A stretch of 64,000 nt of DNA from Deltaproteobacteria bacterium (GTDB taxonomy: Bacteria > Desulfobacterota > Syntrophia > Syntrophales > Smithellaceae). Shown in pieces: positions 19,496 through 28,941 of this stretch. The position numbers and the translations under genes were made by a program. Location of the stretch: assembly GCA_026388535.1 (NCBI GenBank), contig JAPLJP010000093.1, positions 14,553-78,552 on the forward strand, written 5' to 3'. Below the pieces are notes generated by a model, which ran no database searches, had not been told where the DNA came from, and was given only the letters and a program-made list of their open reading frames with translations. Each line of letters opens with the position of its first letter. Position 1 is the stretch's first letter.

Positions 19496-21333
19496 TTAGC
19501 AATCTGAAGTTCAATTTCTTTCTGGCGTATATCATCTTCCATTACCCACAAATGCTCCGTTTTGGGCTTGTAATAATCACCCACGTTCTTTTTATATATA
19601 TCGTAAATGACGCGGCTGGCCTGCGGATTTAAATTAACATATAAACTAAAAACATTAAGAAGAACCTCTGGATTTTTTTCATCTTTGAATCGCATTGGGC
19701 CAAGATCAACCATTCGAACTTCCGGCGGAACTTGAGGAAGAAGTGACGGATGAATCAGGATGGCAGCATTTCTTTCAAAATACAAAAGTCTCCATCCGGC
19801 TTTTAGAAAATCAAAAATTAAAGGAAGTTCCCTGTAATGCATTATCGCTACCTTGAAAGGATACTTTTGAGTAAAACGCTGAATGTCTTCCGTGGTCACA
19901 GATTTGCTGGTAAATTCCCAATAGTCAGGGGCTACCTGTTTACTAAACGGCACAAGTCGGGGATCAATAAAAACCTTGTAATCCGGATAAAGAGCCCAAA
20001 ACAGGTAGCCGCCGATAACATAGTCGTTAAAGATCGGGCCTTCCAGCCGGTATTTCTTCAAGAAGGATACTTCTTTCACCGGCACGAAACTTTCGAGGCC
20101 GGCGCCAAACCATTTGTTGGCCGTGCCGTATTTAAAGGTGAAATAGGGGATGTTGATAAAAAAGAAAATGAAAACGAGCAAAGACAAGATGGTTGCCCTG
20201 CCGGGGATGTTCTTCAATTTCAGACGGTGGAGCAGGTAGAAGAATGAGAAAAAAAAGGCAAAGTAAAAAGTGTAACTTGCTCTAACTGCACTCATGCCTC
20301 CCCAGAATGTGACAACATTGACGATCAGCCCTGTGAAGTCGCAGGTTTTCTTTTTGATTAATTCATAGATGAAAAGGCAGCAAAAGAAAAACATCATTAT
20401 GACCATAATCCAGGCATTTTGGCCCACCCTGAAAAAGGAAACATTGATATCCTTTAAGTGTGGCCAAAGGCTCTCATACGCCAGTATATTTATGCTGTTT
20501 AAGTTATAGGACGCAGAAGTCGTAACTCCATTATAAATGCTCAGCAGATAATTTATGCCATAAGGATTCAGTAGGGTTGCTGCCAAAGAAAGAAAGAAAG
20601 CAGCCCCCAGATGGGTCAGCTCTCTGCTAGTAAAGGATTCTTTGGAAAAGAAAATTCTGTTCAAAAGCTCACCGACGAAAGCGAAAGATAGAAAAATGAA
20701 ACCTAAAACGAAAGAGCCGTGCAGATTTACCCAGAGAGCGAAAATAAATGGATAGAGATAAAAAAGGAACTTCCTGCGGGTCAACTTAACACAAAAAAAG
20801 ATAAATACCGTCCAGCAAAATAGAAGGGTTGAAAACAATTCCGGCTTATAGTAACTGCAGACCATGGAACCGGCAATGCCAATCGCGGCAATGAGAGTGA
20901 CGTTGGTTATATCTAACCGCTGGCGGATCAGACGGAGAAAGAGATAAAAGGAAAGAAAAATCCCCAGGAATATGAGCCACTGAAAGATCCACAGGCCAAA
21001 CCCGCCCAGCAGGCTGTAAATAAGGTAAAGAATGATGCTTCCAAGAAAGGTATTATAAATCCAGCCAGAATCTGCCGGCGTCCAGGAAAAAATTGAATGA
21101 TCGACAACAAAAGTGTGATGAGTCAAATAATACTTGCCGAGCGCCATCTGCCACCATAAATCATAATCCAAACGATCCACGGGATATCTCAAAAGCATAA
21201 TGACCGGCAGAAGCGCAATTATCAACCATTTCAGATAACGGCAGGAAGCTAATTTTTCCGAAAAGGCGAAAAAAGATGAAATTATTAACATGGTCACCAA
21301 CTGAATGGTTATTTGTGGTTGTGTTTTTTTCAT
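19468..21333 (-). CDS. Large polytopic membrane protein, putative GT-C-type glycosyltransferase/polymerase (paralogue A)
   Basis: The protein is 621 aa with about 12 TM helices and a ~200-aa C-terminal soluble domain. The first loop carries 'YPVDRLDYDLWW', an acidic DxD-like motif as in GT-C enzymes. It is paralogous to 22296..24194. Confidence 0.45.
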   Translation of the reverse strand: MKKTQPQITIQLVTMLIISSFFAFSEKLASCRYLKWLIIALLPVIMLLRYPVDRLDYDLWWQMALGKYYLTHHTFVVDHSIFSWTPADSGWIYNTFLGSIILYLIYSLLGGFGLWIFQWLIFLGIFLSFYLFLRLIRQRLDITNVTLIAAIGIAGSMVCSYYKPELFSTLLFCWTVFIFFCVKLTRRKFLFYLYPFIFALWVNLHGSFVLGFIFLSFAFVGELLNRIFFSKESFTSRELTHLGAAFFLSLAATLLNPYGINYLLSIYNGVTTSASYNLNSINILAYESLWPHLKDINVSFFRVGQNAWIMVIMMFFFCCLFIYELIKKKTCDFTGLIVNVVTFWGGMSAVRASYTFYFAFFFSFFYLLHRLKLKNIPGRATILSLLVFIFFFINIPYFTFKYGTANKWFGAGLESFVPVKEVSFLKKYRLEGPIFNDYVIGGYLFWALYPDYKVFIDPRLVPFSKQVAPDYWEFTSKSVTTEDIQRFTQKYPFKVAIMHYRELPLIFDFLKAGWRLLYFERNAAILIHPSLLPQVPPEVRMVDLGPMRFKDEKNPEVLLNVFSLYVNLNPQASRVIYDIYKKNVGDYYKPKTEHLWVMEDDIRQKEIELQIANKKALPAHR

Positions 21334-21416
21334 CCATAATAATACAAAGGACAGGAAAAAGTTATTACAATTGTTTTCAATAAAAAAGTTTCAAACACGC
21401 GAAATATCTAAATTAT

Positions 21417-22154
21417 TTAATAAAACCATTTGTGATAGGTATAATATCCGCTGGAAATTTCAAACCCGAATTTTATCAAAACTTTTTGCACGGGAATGTT
21501 TTTAAGTTGAGTGGAAATAATCATCTTTTTAGCGTTTTTCGACAGGCACCACTCCATAGCTTTGCACAAGAAAGAATGATAGATGCCCTGACCTTGGAAA
21601 TTCGGATGAATGCCTCCAAGAAACATTTCACCTTCATCGGGATTATTAATCCTCAAAACACCAAAACTTATTATTTTACCACCTATTTCTCCTGCCAGGA
21701 AATTTTCAGAATTCCTGGAAGCAAAGGCTTTGCGCGCCCAATCAGCATATGCCTCATCACATTTACTTTTATCCAGTCTTGGGTCGGCATGGTAGTGCCC
21801 AAAATAGCCGCGAAATGATTCCCTGGCCACTGATATCATCTCTTCTTCTTCGTCAATACGAATTGTCCTCACACGCGCCACGCCATTATCAGCAGGAACA
21901 GATTGCCTTGCAAGATCAAGGCTGTAATAAACAAGGGTGTCCATCAACAGGAATCCTTCTTTTTCCATGGCCTGTGCTGCCGAAAGATCGGCCATATTGC
22001 AACGGGCAATGAGTAAGGCGACTTTTTCTCTTCCGCAAAAATCCAGTATTGAAGGCAGACTGTCTGCCGTCAGTCCAATAATTCTTGCTGTTTTAATACC
22101 GAATCGCTCTTTATCAATATCTGAAATAAATATGTCATATGAAACCGGACTCAT
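21417..22154 (-). CDS. GNAT-family N-acetyltransferase, WecD (dTDP-fucosamine acetyltransferase)-like two-domain architecture
   Basis: An N-terminal 'ERFGIKTARI' domain is followed by a C-terminal GNAT core ('GGIHPNFQGQGIYHSFLCKAMEW', an acetyl-CoA Q/RxxGxG/A-type motif). The start is taken at ATG 22154 (MSPVSYD), which is preceded by GAGAGGA. The track start at 22211 is probably too long. Confidence 0.55.
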   Translation of the reverse strand: MSPVSYDIFISDIDKERFGIKTARIIGLTADSLPSILDFCGREKVALLIARCNMADLSAAQAMEKEGFLLMDTLVYYSLDLARQSVPADNGVARVRTIRIDEEEEMISVARESFRGYFGHYHADPRLDKSKCDEAYADWARKAFASRNSENFLAGEIGGKIISFGVLRINNPDEGEMFLGGIHPNFQGQGIYHSFLCKAMEWCLSKNAKKMIISTQLKNIPVQKVLIKFGFEISSGYYTYHKWFY

Positions 22155-22295
22155 CAAACATCCTCTCGAATAATTTAAAAATAAACTCGCCGCGCTTGGC
22201 AGTCTTTCCATGCTGAGAAAACAAAATAATTTTAATTATGCGCTTAAAAATATTTTCACAAATAAAAATCCATTTATTTTCTTACTTTCCGGCAT

Positions 22296-24194
22296 TTAGG
22301 GCGACAACGGGTTTAACTTTTTCTTAAATTCTCGTTCTTGACTTATTAGCATACTTTGCATTACCTGCATGTTTTGAGCTTTTAACTTATAATAATTACT
22401 TATATTCTTTCTATAGATATTATAAATATACCTACCAAGTTCCGGATTAAGACGAACATAAAAATTAAACACATTAAGCAGAACGTCCGGATTTCTGACG
22501 TCTCTGAAACGTTCGGGACTGAGGCTAACGCTGCCAATTTCCGGCTTAATTGCGGGAAGAAGCGTTTTGTGAATCAGGATTGCGGCATTCTTTTCAAAAT
22601 ACAAAAGGCGCCAGTCGTCCCCTGCCGCTAAAAAATCGCAAATAAGAACCATTTGCCGGTAATGAAGTATTGCGATCTTGAAAGGATACTTTTTCCTGAA
22701 GCGTTCTATAGATTCCCTGCTAGCGTGTTTCAAGGTAAATTCCATGTAATCGGGGAAGACCTGATTTCTATAAGGGCTGGAGCGGGGATCAATAAAAACC
22801 TTGTGTTCCGGATAGAGGGCCCACATAAGATAACCGCCGATGACGTAGTCGTTGAATATTGTCCCTTCCAGTTTGCACTTCTTCAGGAACTCCACTTCCT
22901 TGACCGGTGCAATATCGTCAAGACCTGCGCCAAACCATTTGTTATCCGTACAATACCTTGAGTTAAAATAAGAAACACTAAAACAAAGTAATGAGAAAAT
23001 TAACAATGAAAATAATGTTGCCCTGCCGAAAATGTTTTTTAGTTTCAGCCGACAAATCAGGAGATACAAAAAAGCAAAGAAGAAAGCGATGGGGAAAAAA
23101 TAAGAAGTCCGGACTGTCTCCATACCTTTCCAGTACAAAGCTAAACTAACCAGAAGCAAAGCAAAATCAAATGATCTTTTTTTGATTAATTCATAAACAG
23201 AAAGAATAAATATAAAAACTATCATCAGTGTCATTATCCAGGCGGTGACACCACCGATAAAAAATGAATAGCTCATATCTTTTAAGTATGGCCAGAGACC
23301 TGCCCATGCAAGAACATACTTGTTTTGCAGTCCCGCATAGGCTTCAGAAATAACTCCATTATAAGTGCTCAAGAGATAATCTATACCGTAAGGATTAATA
23401 AGGGTGGCAGCCAGAGATAAAAAACATGCCACTCCAAAGTGAACCAGCTCATTTGTGGTAAATGATTCTTTGGAAAAGATAATTCTGTTTAAAACCTCGC
23501 CGATGAACGCGATGGTTAGAAAAACCAGACCTACAACAAAAGCTCCGTGCATATTAACCCACAGGGCGAAAACCAGGGGATAAAGATAAAAAAGAAATTT
23601 CCCGCGGGTTGTCTTGACGTAAAAAAAGATAAATACCGTCCAGGAAAAAAGCAAAGCGGAAAACAGCTCCGGCTTATAGTAACGGCAGGTGAGTGAACAG
23701 GCTATACCAATCGCGGCAATAAGAGTAATACTGGTTACATCCAATCTCTGGCGAATCAGGCGCAAATATATATAAAACGAAAGAAAAACTCCCAGAAAAA
23801 CAATCCATTGAAAAATCCACAAACCGAATCCACCCATTAAACTGTAAAACAGATAAATAGCTATGCTTCCCAGACAAGTATTATAAATCCAGGTAGGGTC
23901 TGTCGGTGTCCAGGAGAATACAGAATGATCCATAATCAGAGTGTGATGAGTAATATAATATTTGCCCAGCGCCATATGCCACCACAAATCATAATCCACC
24001 CTGTCAACCGGATATTTCAGCAAAATAAGAGCCGGCAGAAAAGCTATCATAAACCATCTCAAATATTCCGAAGAAGACAGCTTTTCCGAAAAAGCAAATA
24101 AAGAAGATAATTTTGAAGGACGATCGCTTTCTTTATTAATCGTATTATCTTCTGAAGTGACATTTGTGTCTCCGCTTTCTTCCATTTCACTCAT
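22296..24194 (-). CDS. Large polytopic membrane protein, putative GT-C-type glycosyltransferase/polymerase (paralogue B)
   Basis: The protein is 632 aa with the same architecture as 19468..21333. By eye it is roughly two-thirds identical over the membrane domain ('YPVDRVDYDLWWHMALGKYYITHH...', 'GGFGLWIFQW', 'RLIRQRLD', 'YYKPELFS'). Confidence 0.45.
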   Translation of the reverse strand: MSEMEESGDTNVTSEDNTINKESDRPSKLSSLFAFSEKLSSSEYLRWFMIAFLPALILLKYPVDRVDYDLWWHMALGKYYITHHTLIMDHSVFSWTPTDPTWIYNTCLGSIAIYLFYSLMGGFGLWIFQWIVFLGVFLSFYIYLRLIRQRLDVTSITLIAAIGIACSLTCRYYKPELFSALLFSWTVFIFFYVKTTRGKFLFYLYPLVFALWVNMHGAFVVGLVFLTIAFIGEVLNRIIFSKESFTTNELVHFGVACFLSLAATLINPYGIDYLLSTYNGVISEAYAGLQNKYVLAWAGLWPYLKDMSYSFFIGGVTAWIMTLMIVFIFILSVYELIKKRSFDFALLLVSLALYWKGMETVRTSYFFPIAFFFAFLYLLICRLKLKNIFGRATLFSLLIFSLLCFSVSYFNSRYCTDNKWFGAGLDDIAPVKEVEFLKKCKLEGTIFNDYVIGGYLMWALYPEHKVFIDPRSSPYRNQVFPDYMEFTLKHASRESIERFRKKYPFKIAILHYRQMVLICDFLAAGDDWRLLYFEKNAAILIHKTLLPAIKPEIGSVSLSPERFRDVRNPDVLLNVFNFYVRLNPELGRYIYNIYRKNISNYYKLKAQNMQVMQSMLISQEREFKKKLNPLSP

Positions 24195-24242
24195 CGCGGC
24201 TTTTTCTCCTTCTATTTTTTAGAGACCTTAAATTATTATTTT

Positions 24243-25400
24243 TTATCGAAACTTCTTATAGAATTTCTTAACATTCTCCGTAATAAAACGAACATCATCC
24301 TGAGTCATTTCATAGTAAAGCGGCAGACGCAACAGGCAGTCGCTTACCCGCTCGGTAACGTCTAAAGTCCCGCAAGAACGTCCGTAGTGTTTCCCCGCTG
24401 GAGAGCTGTGAAGAGGCACGTAATGAAACACCGCCAGTACGCCCTGCTCTTTTAAAAATTCGGTCAGTTTTGTTCTTTCTTTCAGAGAGCGGGTTACTAT
24501 GTAAAACAGATGACCATTACTGCGACAATCATCAAGAATACACGGAAGCTGAATGCAACCTTTTTCAGCCAACGGCCGCAGATCTTTCATATACAAATCA
24601 TAAATCAGGTTCCGTTTGGCAATAATCTGATCGGCGTTTTCCATTTGGGCGTAAAGAAATGCGGCGATTATATCGCTGGGAAGATAAGACGACCCGACAT
24701 CAACCCACGTGTATTTGTCCACCTGCCCGCGAAAGAATTTACTGCGGTTGGTGCCTTTTTCGCGGATTATTTCTGCTCGTTCAACAAATTTCTCGTCGTT
24801 GATCAGCAAAGCGCCGCCCTCGCCGGAAATGATGTTTTTTGTTTCATGGAATGAACAGGCGCCGAAATGTCCGATTGCACCCAACTGACGCCCTCTGTAG
24901 GTGGACATGATTCCCTGCGCGGCATCTTCAATTACAAAAAGATTATATCTCCTTGCCATATCCATTATTGTATCCATTTCACAGGAAACTCCGGCGTAAT
25001 GAACCGGAAGGATGGCTTTTGTGCGAGGCGTGATAGCCGCTTCTATCAGATTTTCGTTGATGTTGAGCGTGTCAGGCCGAATATCAACAAATACCGGCAC
25101 ACCGCCTCGTAAAACAAAAGCGTTGGCCGTTGAAACAAAAGTGTACGAAGGCATGATTATTTCATCACAGGGCTGGATATCCGCCAGAATCGCTGCCATC
25201 TCTAAAGCGGCGGTACAGGAATTTGTAAGGAGTACCTTGCGACAACCGAGGCGGTCTTCAAGCCATGCCTGGCATTTTTTCGTAAAGGGACCGTCGCCGG
25301 CAGTATGGTTATTTTCAATAACAGCCTGCGCGATGTAGAAAAGTTCTTTGCCGGCGATAAAGGGCTTATTGAAGGGAATCTTTATTTTATTGTTTGCCAT
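24243..25400 (-). CDS. wecE: dTDP-4-amino-4,6-dideoxygalactose transaminase (DegT/DnrJ/EryC1 family, WecE/RffA-like)
   Basis: The protein is 385 aa. 'IPFNKPFIAGKELFYI...GDGPFTKKCQAWLEDRLGCRKVLLTNSCTAALEMAAILADIQPCDEIIMPSYTFVSTANAFVLRGGVPVFVDIRPDTLNI' is near-collinear with E. coli WecE as I remember it (...PSYTFVSTANAFVLRG...FVD.RPDT.NI). Confidence 0.8.
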   Translation of the reverse strand: MANNKIKIPFNKPFIAGKELFYIAQAVIENNHTAGDGPFTKKCQAWLEDRLGCRKVLLTNSCTAALEMAAILADIQPCDEIIMPSYTFVSTANAFVLRGGVPVFVDIRPDTLNINENLIEAAITPRTKAILPVHYAGVSCEMDTIMDMARRYNLFVIEDAAQGIMSTYRGRQLGAIGHFGACSFHETKNIISGEGGALLINDEKFVERAEIIREKGTNRSKFFRGQVDKYTWVDVGSSYLPSDIIAAFLYAQMENADQIIAKRNLIYDLYMKDLRPLAEKGCIQLPCILDDCRSNGHLFYIVTRSLKERTKLTEFLKEQGVLAVFHYVPLHSSPAGKHYGRSCGTLDVTERVSDCLLRLPLYYEMTQDDVRFITENVKKFYKKFR

Positions 25401-25469
25401 GTTTCCTCCCTTTTATTTTTTTACAATCAGCGATTTTTTAAGGGGAACATGATTCCCCCGGAAAATCCA

Positions 25470-26408
25470 TCATTCAATGTTAACCGGCATTTGTTTTCCG
25501 GAACGAATAAATTTCCAAACGAGGAAGTGAATAAACCCCAGAATCAAAGTTACTATGCCATAAACTCTGACTATCAGAGCACCCGCCTGGGCAAGAGGAA
25601 TATCCTGTTTGAAATAAACAAGAAAAGAAGAAATACTGACCTCGCTGATGCCAAGCGACCAGGGGATTAAACTGAAAATACCTATCAGTGTGGTAATAGC
25701 GGTCATAGCGGCTGTCTCTAAAATATTAATTGAAATGGATATACTGCGCAAACTAGCATACCACCCCAGAACAATAAAAAGCCAGCCGCCGATCGTCAAA
25801 ACGATTACTATCGCCAGAATCTTGACGTTTCTCACACATTGATTAAACGGTTGGAAAAAACGTCCCACAGCGTTGTCCGGAGATATACGCTGGATAATCA
25901 TAAAAAAGACCATAAAACAAATCAGCATTAGCGCCACTGCGGCGAACATCGTCCCCTTGTCCAGAAATTTAGAAACACCGAAGATAAGGCTCAACACGGC
26001 CATCAGTAGAACAACAATCAAATCCAGAATCCTCTCCGTCATAAAGATACCGTAACCGGGAACTCTCTCCAGCGCGCCAATCTTTTTTAACAGTTCGACT
26101 TTCAGAGCTTCACCGGACTGAAGGGGCGTAACCAAGGCAAATGCTACGGATATGGACCCTACCAGATACAAACGAAAAAAATCAATATGAATACCCGCGG
26201 CCTTTAACAAAACAAACCAGCGCATTGCTCGAAACAACCAGAAAAAAAGAATCGTTACGGCAACCGCAACCGGCATCCATTTCCAATCCACATGTGTTAG
26301 AAGTTGAAAAATAACAGTCCATTGGAAATAACTTACCATATAGTAAGCGCAAAGAAAAAAGATGACGCCACTTATTATTATGCTTAATAATTTTTTAATT
26401 TTTGACAT
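25470..26408 (-). CDS. Flippase-like membrane protein (lysylphosphatidylglycerol-synthase TM-region / UPF0104 type)
   Basis: The protein is 312 aa with about 8 TM helices. The N-terminus 'KKLLSIIISGVIFFLCAYYMV...W' and the overall topology resemble PF03706-type proteins, which often accompany polyprenyl-phosphate GT2 genes. Confidence 0.5.
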   Translation of the reverse strand: MSKIKKLLSIIISGVIFFLCAYYMVSYFQWTVIFQLLTHVDWKWMPVAVAVTILFFWLFRAMRWFVLLKAAGIHIDFFRLYLVGSISVAFALVTPLQSGEALKVELLKKIGALERVPGYGIFMTERILDLIVVLLMAVLSLIFGVSKFLDKGTMFAAVALMLICFMVFFMIIQRISPDNAVGRFFQPFNQCVRNVKILAIVIVLTIGGWLFIVLGWYASLRSISISINILETAAMTAITTLIGIFSLIPWSLGISEVSISSFLVYFKQDIPLAQAGALIVRVYGIVTLILGFIHFLVWKFIRSGKQMPVNIE

Positions 26409-26450
26409 TCTCCGGATGATATTTGATTTTTGTAATTACAGACAGTGCTC

Positions 26451-27806
26451 TTAACTGGGATTGATAATAGTGGCCAGTTCGAACGCAAGTTCCACCGCCT
26501 GCTCGGCATTGAGCCGGGGATCGCAGTTGGTCTGATAATTCAGCCGCAAATCATTGTCATGCAGACGGCGGCTTCCGCCAGTACACTCCGTAACATCATC
26601 ACCGGTCAATTCCAGATGAACCCCTCCGGCAATTGTCCCTTCCGCCTGGTGAATCTGCCAGAATTTGACAATTTCCTTCAGAATATCTCTATACTTTCTG
26701 GTTTTCTGCGAACGCCTGTTTATGTAAGTATTGCCATGCATCGGATCACAAACCCACACAACATTAAATCCTTCCTTTTTCATTTCCCTAAGCAGTGGGG
26801 GTAACAGATAATTTATTTTCTCCGCGCCCAAACGAGTAATCATGGTAAGACGTCCCGTTTCGTTATCAGGATTAAGCCGCGCCGCAATTCTTTTTATATC
26901 ATCAATTACATAACCGGGGCCTATTTTCACACCGAGAGGATTACAAACTCCCCGCATAAATTCCACATGCGCTCCATCCGGCTGGCGAGTGCGGTCTCCT
27001 ATCCAGAGCATATTGGCGCTGGTATCATACCAGTCACCTGTGGTCGTATCAATTCTGGTCATTGCTTCTTCATATTCCAAAAGAAGGGCTTCGTGAGAAG
27101 TATAAAGAGAAACCTGATTTAACTGCGGGTTACTGCTTTTAATTCCTATGGCATCCATAAAGGCTATGGCTTTTTTAATTCCACTGACGAGTTCTTCGTA
27201 TTTCGGGTTGGCGGAAAACGCTTTGACGCTTGCTTCGCTCCACGCGTGAACCTGATCTAGGGCCGCGTAACCTCCTGTGGTGAAGGCTCTGACAAGGTTT
27301 AGAGTCGCGGTCGCTCGAAAATATCCTTCTAAAATTCTGTTTGGATCCGGCATCCTCGCCTCCATAGTCGGCTCAGGGCTGTTTACCATGTCGCCGCGAT
27401 AGCTTGGAACTATCGTTTTGCCGATTTTTTCGGTATCAAAAGAGCGGGGTTTTGCGTACTGACCGGCTATCCTGCCTATTTTTACCACCTTCCTTTCTCC
27501 GGCGTAGGTGATAATTACCGACATTTGCAGAATCACCTTCAAAAGATTGTGAATATAAGGCCCGTGACAGCGGGAAAAATCTTCAGAACATTCACCCGCC
27601 TGCAGGACAAAAGCCTTGCCCTCCAACACCTCAGCAAGATCCTGTTTCAGCGAACGGCTTTCACCGGCAAAAACAAGAGCCGGCAAATGAGAAAGATTTT
27701 TCAGCGTATCTTCACACACATTGGAGTCAGGCCAGAGAGGCTGCTGCTGCGCGGGAAAAGAACGCCAGCTTGATTTAGTCCATTTATTTTGTTTTTTCAT
27801 AGCCAT
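26451..27806 (-). CDS. 3-deoxy-7-phosphoheptulonate (DAHP) synthase, class II
   Basis: 'WTKSSWRSFPAQQQPLWPD', 'GRIAGQYAKPRS', 'VWVCDPMHGNT' and 'GGVHLELTG' are class II (plant/actinobacterial type) DAHPS signatures. The start is taken at ATG 27806. The track start at 27830 is a TTG. Confidence 0.85.
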   Translation of the reverse strand: MAMKKQNKWTKSSWRSFPAQQQPLWPDSNVCEDTLKNLSHLPALVFAGESRSLKQDLAEVLEGKAFVLQAGECSEDFSRCHGPYIHNLLKVILQMSVIITYAGERKVVKIGRIAGQYAKPRSFDTEKIGKTIVPSYRGDMVNSPEPTMEARMPDPNRILEGYFRATATLNLVRAFTTGGYAALDQVHAWSEASVKAFSANPKYEELVSGIKKAIAFMDAIGIKSSNPQLNQVSLYTSHEALLLEYEEAMTRIDTTTGDWYDTSANMLWIGDRTRQPDGAHVEFMRGVCNPLGVKIGPGYVIDDIKRIAARLNPDNETGRLTMITRLGAEKINYLLPPLLREMKKEGFNVVWVCDPMHGNTYINRRSQKTRKYRDILKEIVKFWQIHQAEGTIAGGVHLELTGDDVTECTGGSRRLHDNDLRLNYQTNCDPRLNAEQAVELAFELATIINPS

Positions 27807-27834
27807 ATTTTTCTTTGTTTTTATTATCAAAATA

Positions 27835-28941
27835 TTATGTGTCAGGTATAAAATACATTACTGTTTCATGAAAACCATCTGTGTAGTGGCGCAAATATAT
27901 GGAATAATCGTCCCGCATTGCCATAATTTGTTGAGGTATCATCCATAAATCAGCAACTTTATGATAACAACAAATGGCAAGTTTCGGATGATCTTTCAAT
28001 ATATGTGCTCGCGCGCCCTGCAGGGCATTTTCTTCCGCTCCTTCAATATCCATTTTAATAAAGGAGATGGATTCATTTATTAAATTATCAATCGCGTCTA
28101 CTTCAATTTCCACATCGCCTGTTGCACTTAATTTACTTGCTGATCCTTCACCGGAACTAAACTTCAGCGTTTTTTTGTTTTCAGCCAAACCCATTGTATA
28201 TAAATAAATGTTATTATAACTGGACAAATTGTTACGGGCAAGGGCAACATTTTTAGAAGCCGGTTCAAATATATATATCGTTTTGTACTCGGGACATCTC
28301 TTGATAAATTCTATTGTGGTTTGTCCATCGAAACCTCCCGCGTCAATAAAAACTTCGCCCGGTTTCAATTCAAGGAAGTCTTCAAAATATTGTCTATCCT
28401 GCGCATTTTCAAAACCACGCATATAATTTAAATCGCTGGAGGCACGAAAATTTATAAGCTTACTCAGCACATCCTTGGAATCTTTATCCTCCAAACGATC
28501 ATATAGCCGCTCATACTTATGTAAGTTTCTTTCAATATCCTCTCTGCTTTCACGCAAAAAATCAATTTCTTTCAGCGCAACTCCTGAATACTTGCAAAAA
28601 TTAAAGTAATCCAGACAGGCGAAGCCATGATTCTGAAGTTTTATCAGCGCGGTTAACGGAACCACAAAAATAACCGCTGAAACTACCATGCTTTCCTTTG
28701 GAATTTCAGTCATCTTCAATATTGGCTTTCCTAAAAATTCAGTTTCGCGGGTAAAGTCATCAATAAAACCGTTGATGTCAACATTCCTGGCAATACTAAC
28801 CGCATATTCGTTGCGGCCCAGCACATAGCGGGGCCTTGCTTTCTCATGTAAGAAGAGCTTACAAAATTCGGCCGCGTCAGTATATTTTTTTTCCGGATAT
28901 ATTTCTAACAACTTCACCCTCTCAATTGATTTTTTGAACAT
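27835..28941 (-). CDS. FkbM-family methyltransferase with an N-terminal extra domain
   Basis: The C-terminal part has 'FIDAGGFDGQTTIEF', 'IYIFEP' and 'IKMDIEGAEENALQGA...LAICCYH', the FkbM signature. The start is taken at ATG 28941 (MFKKSIERV), a 20-nt overlap with the upstream gene. The track's longer form overlaps 305 nt of the neighbour. Confidence 0.7.
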   Translation of the reverse strand: MFKKSIERVKLLEIYPEKKYTDAAEFCKLFLHEKARPRYVLGRNEYAVSIARNVDINGFIDDFTRETEFLGKPILKMTEIPKESMVVSAVIFVVPLTALIKLQNHGFACLDYFNFCKYSGVALKEIDFLRESREDIERNLHKYERLYDRLEDKDSKDVLSKLINFRASSDLNYMRGFENAQDRQYFEDFLELKPGEVFIDAGGFDGQTTIEFIKRCPEYKTIYIFEPASKNVALARNNLSSYNNIYLYTMGLAENKKTLKFSSGEGSASKLSATGDVEIEVDAIDNLINESISFIKMDIEGAEENALQGARAHILKDHPKLAICCYHKVADLWMIPQQIMAMRDDYSIYLRHYTDGFHETVMYFIPDT

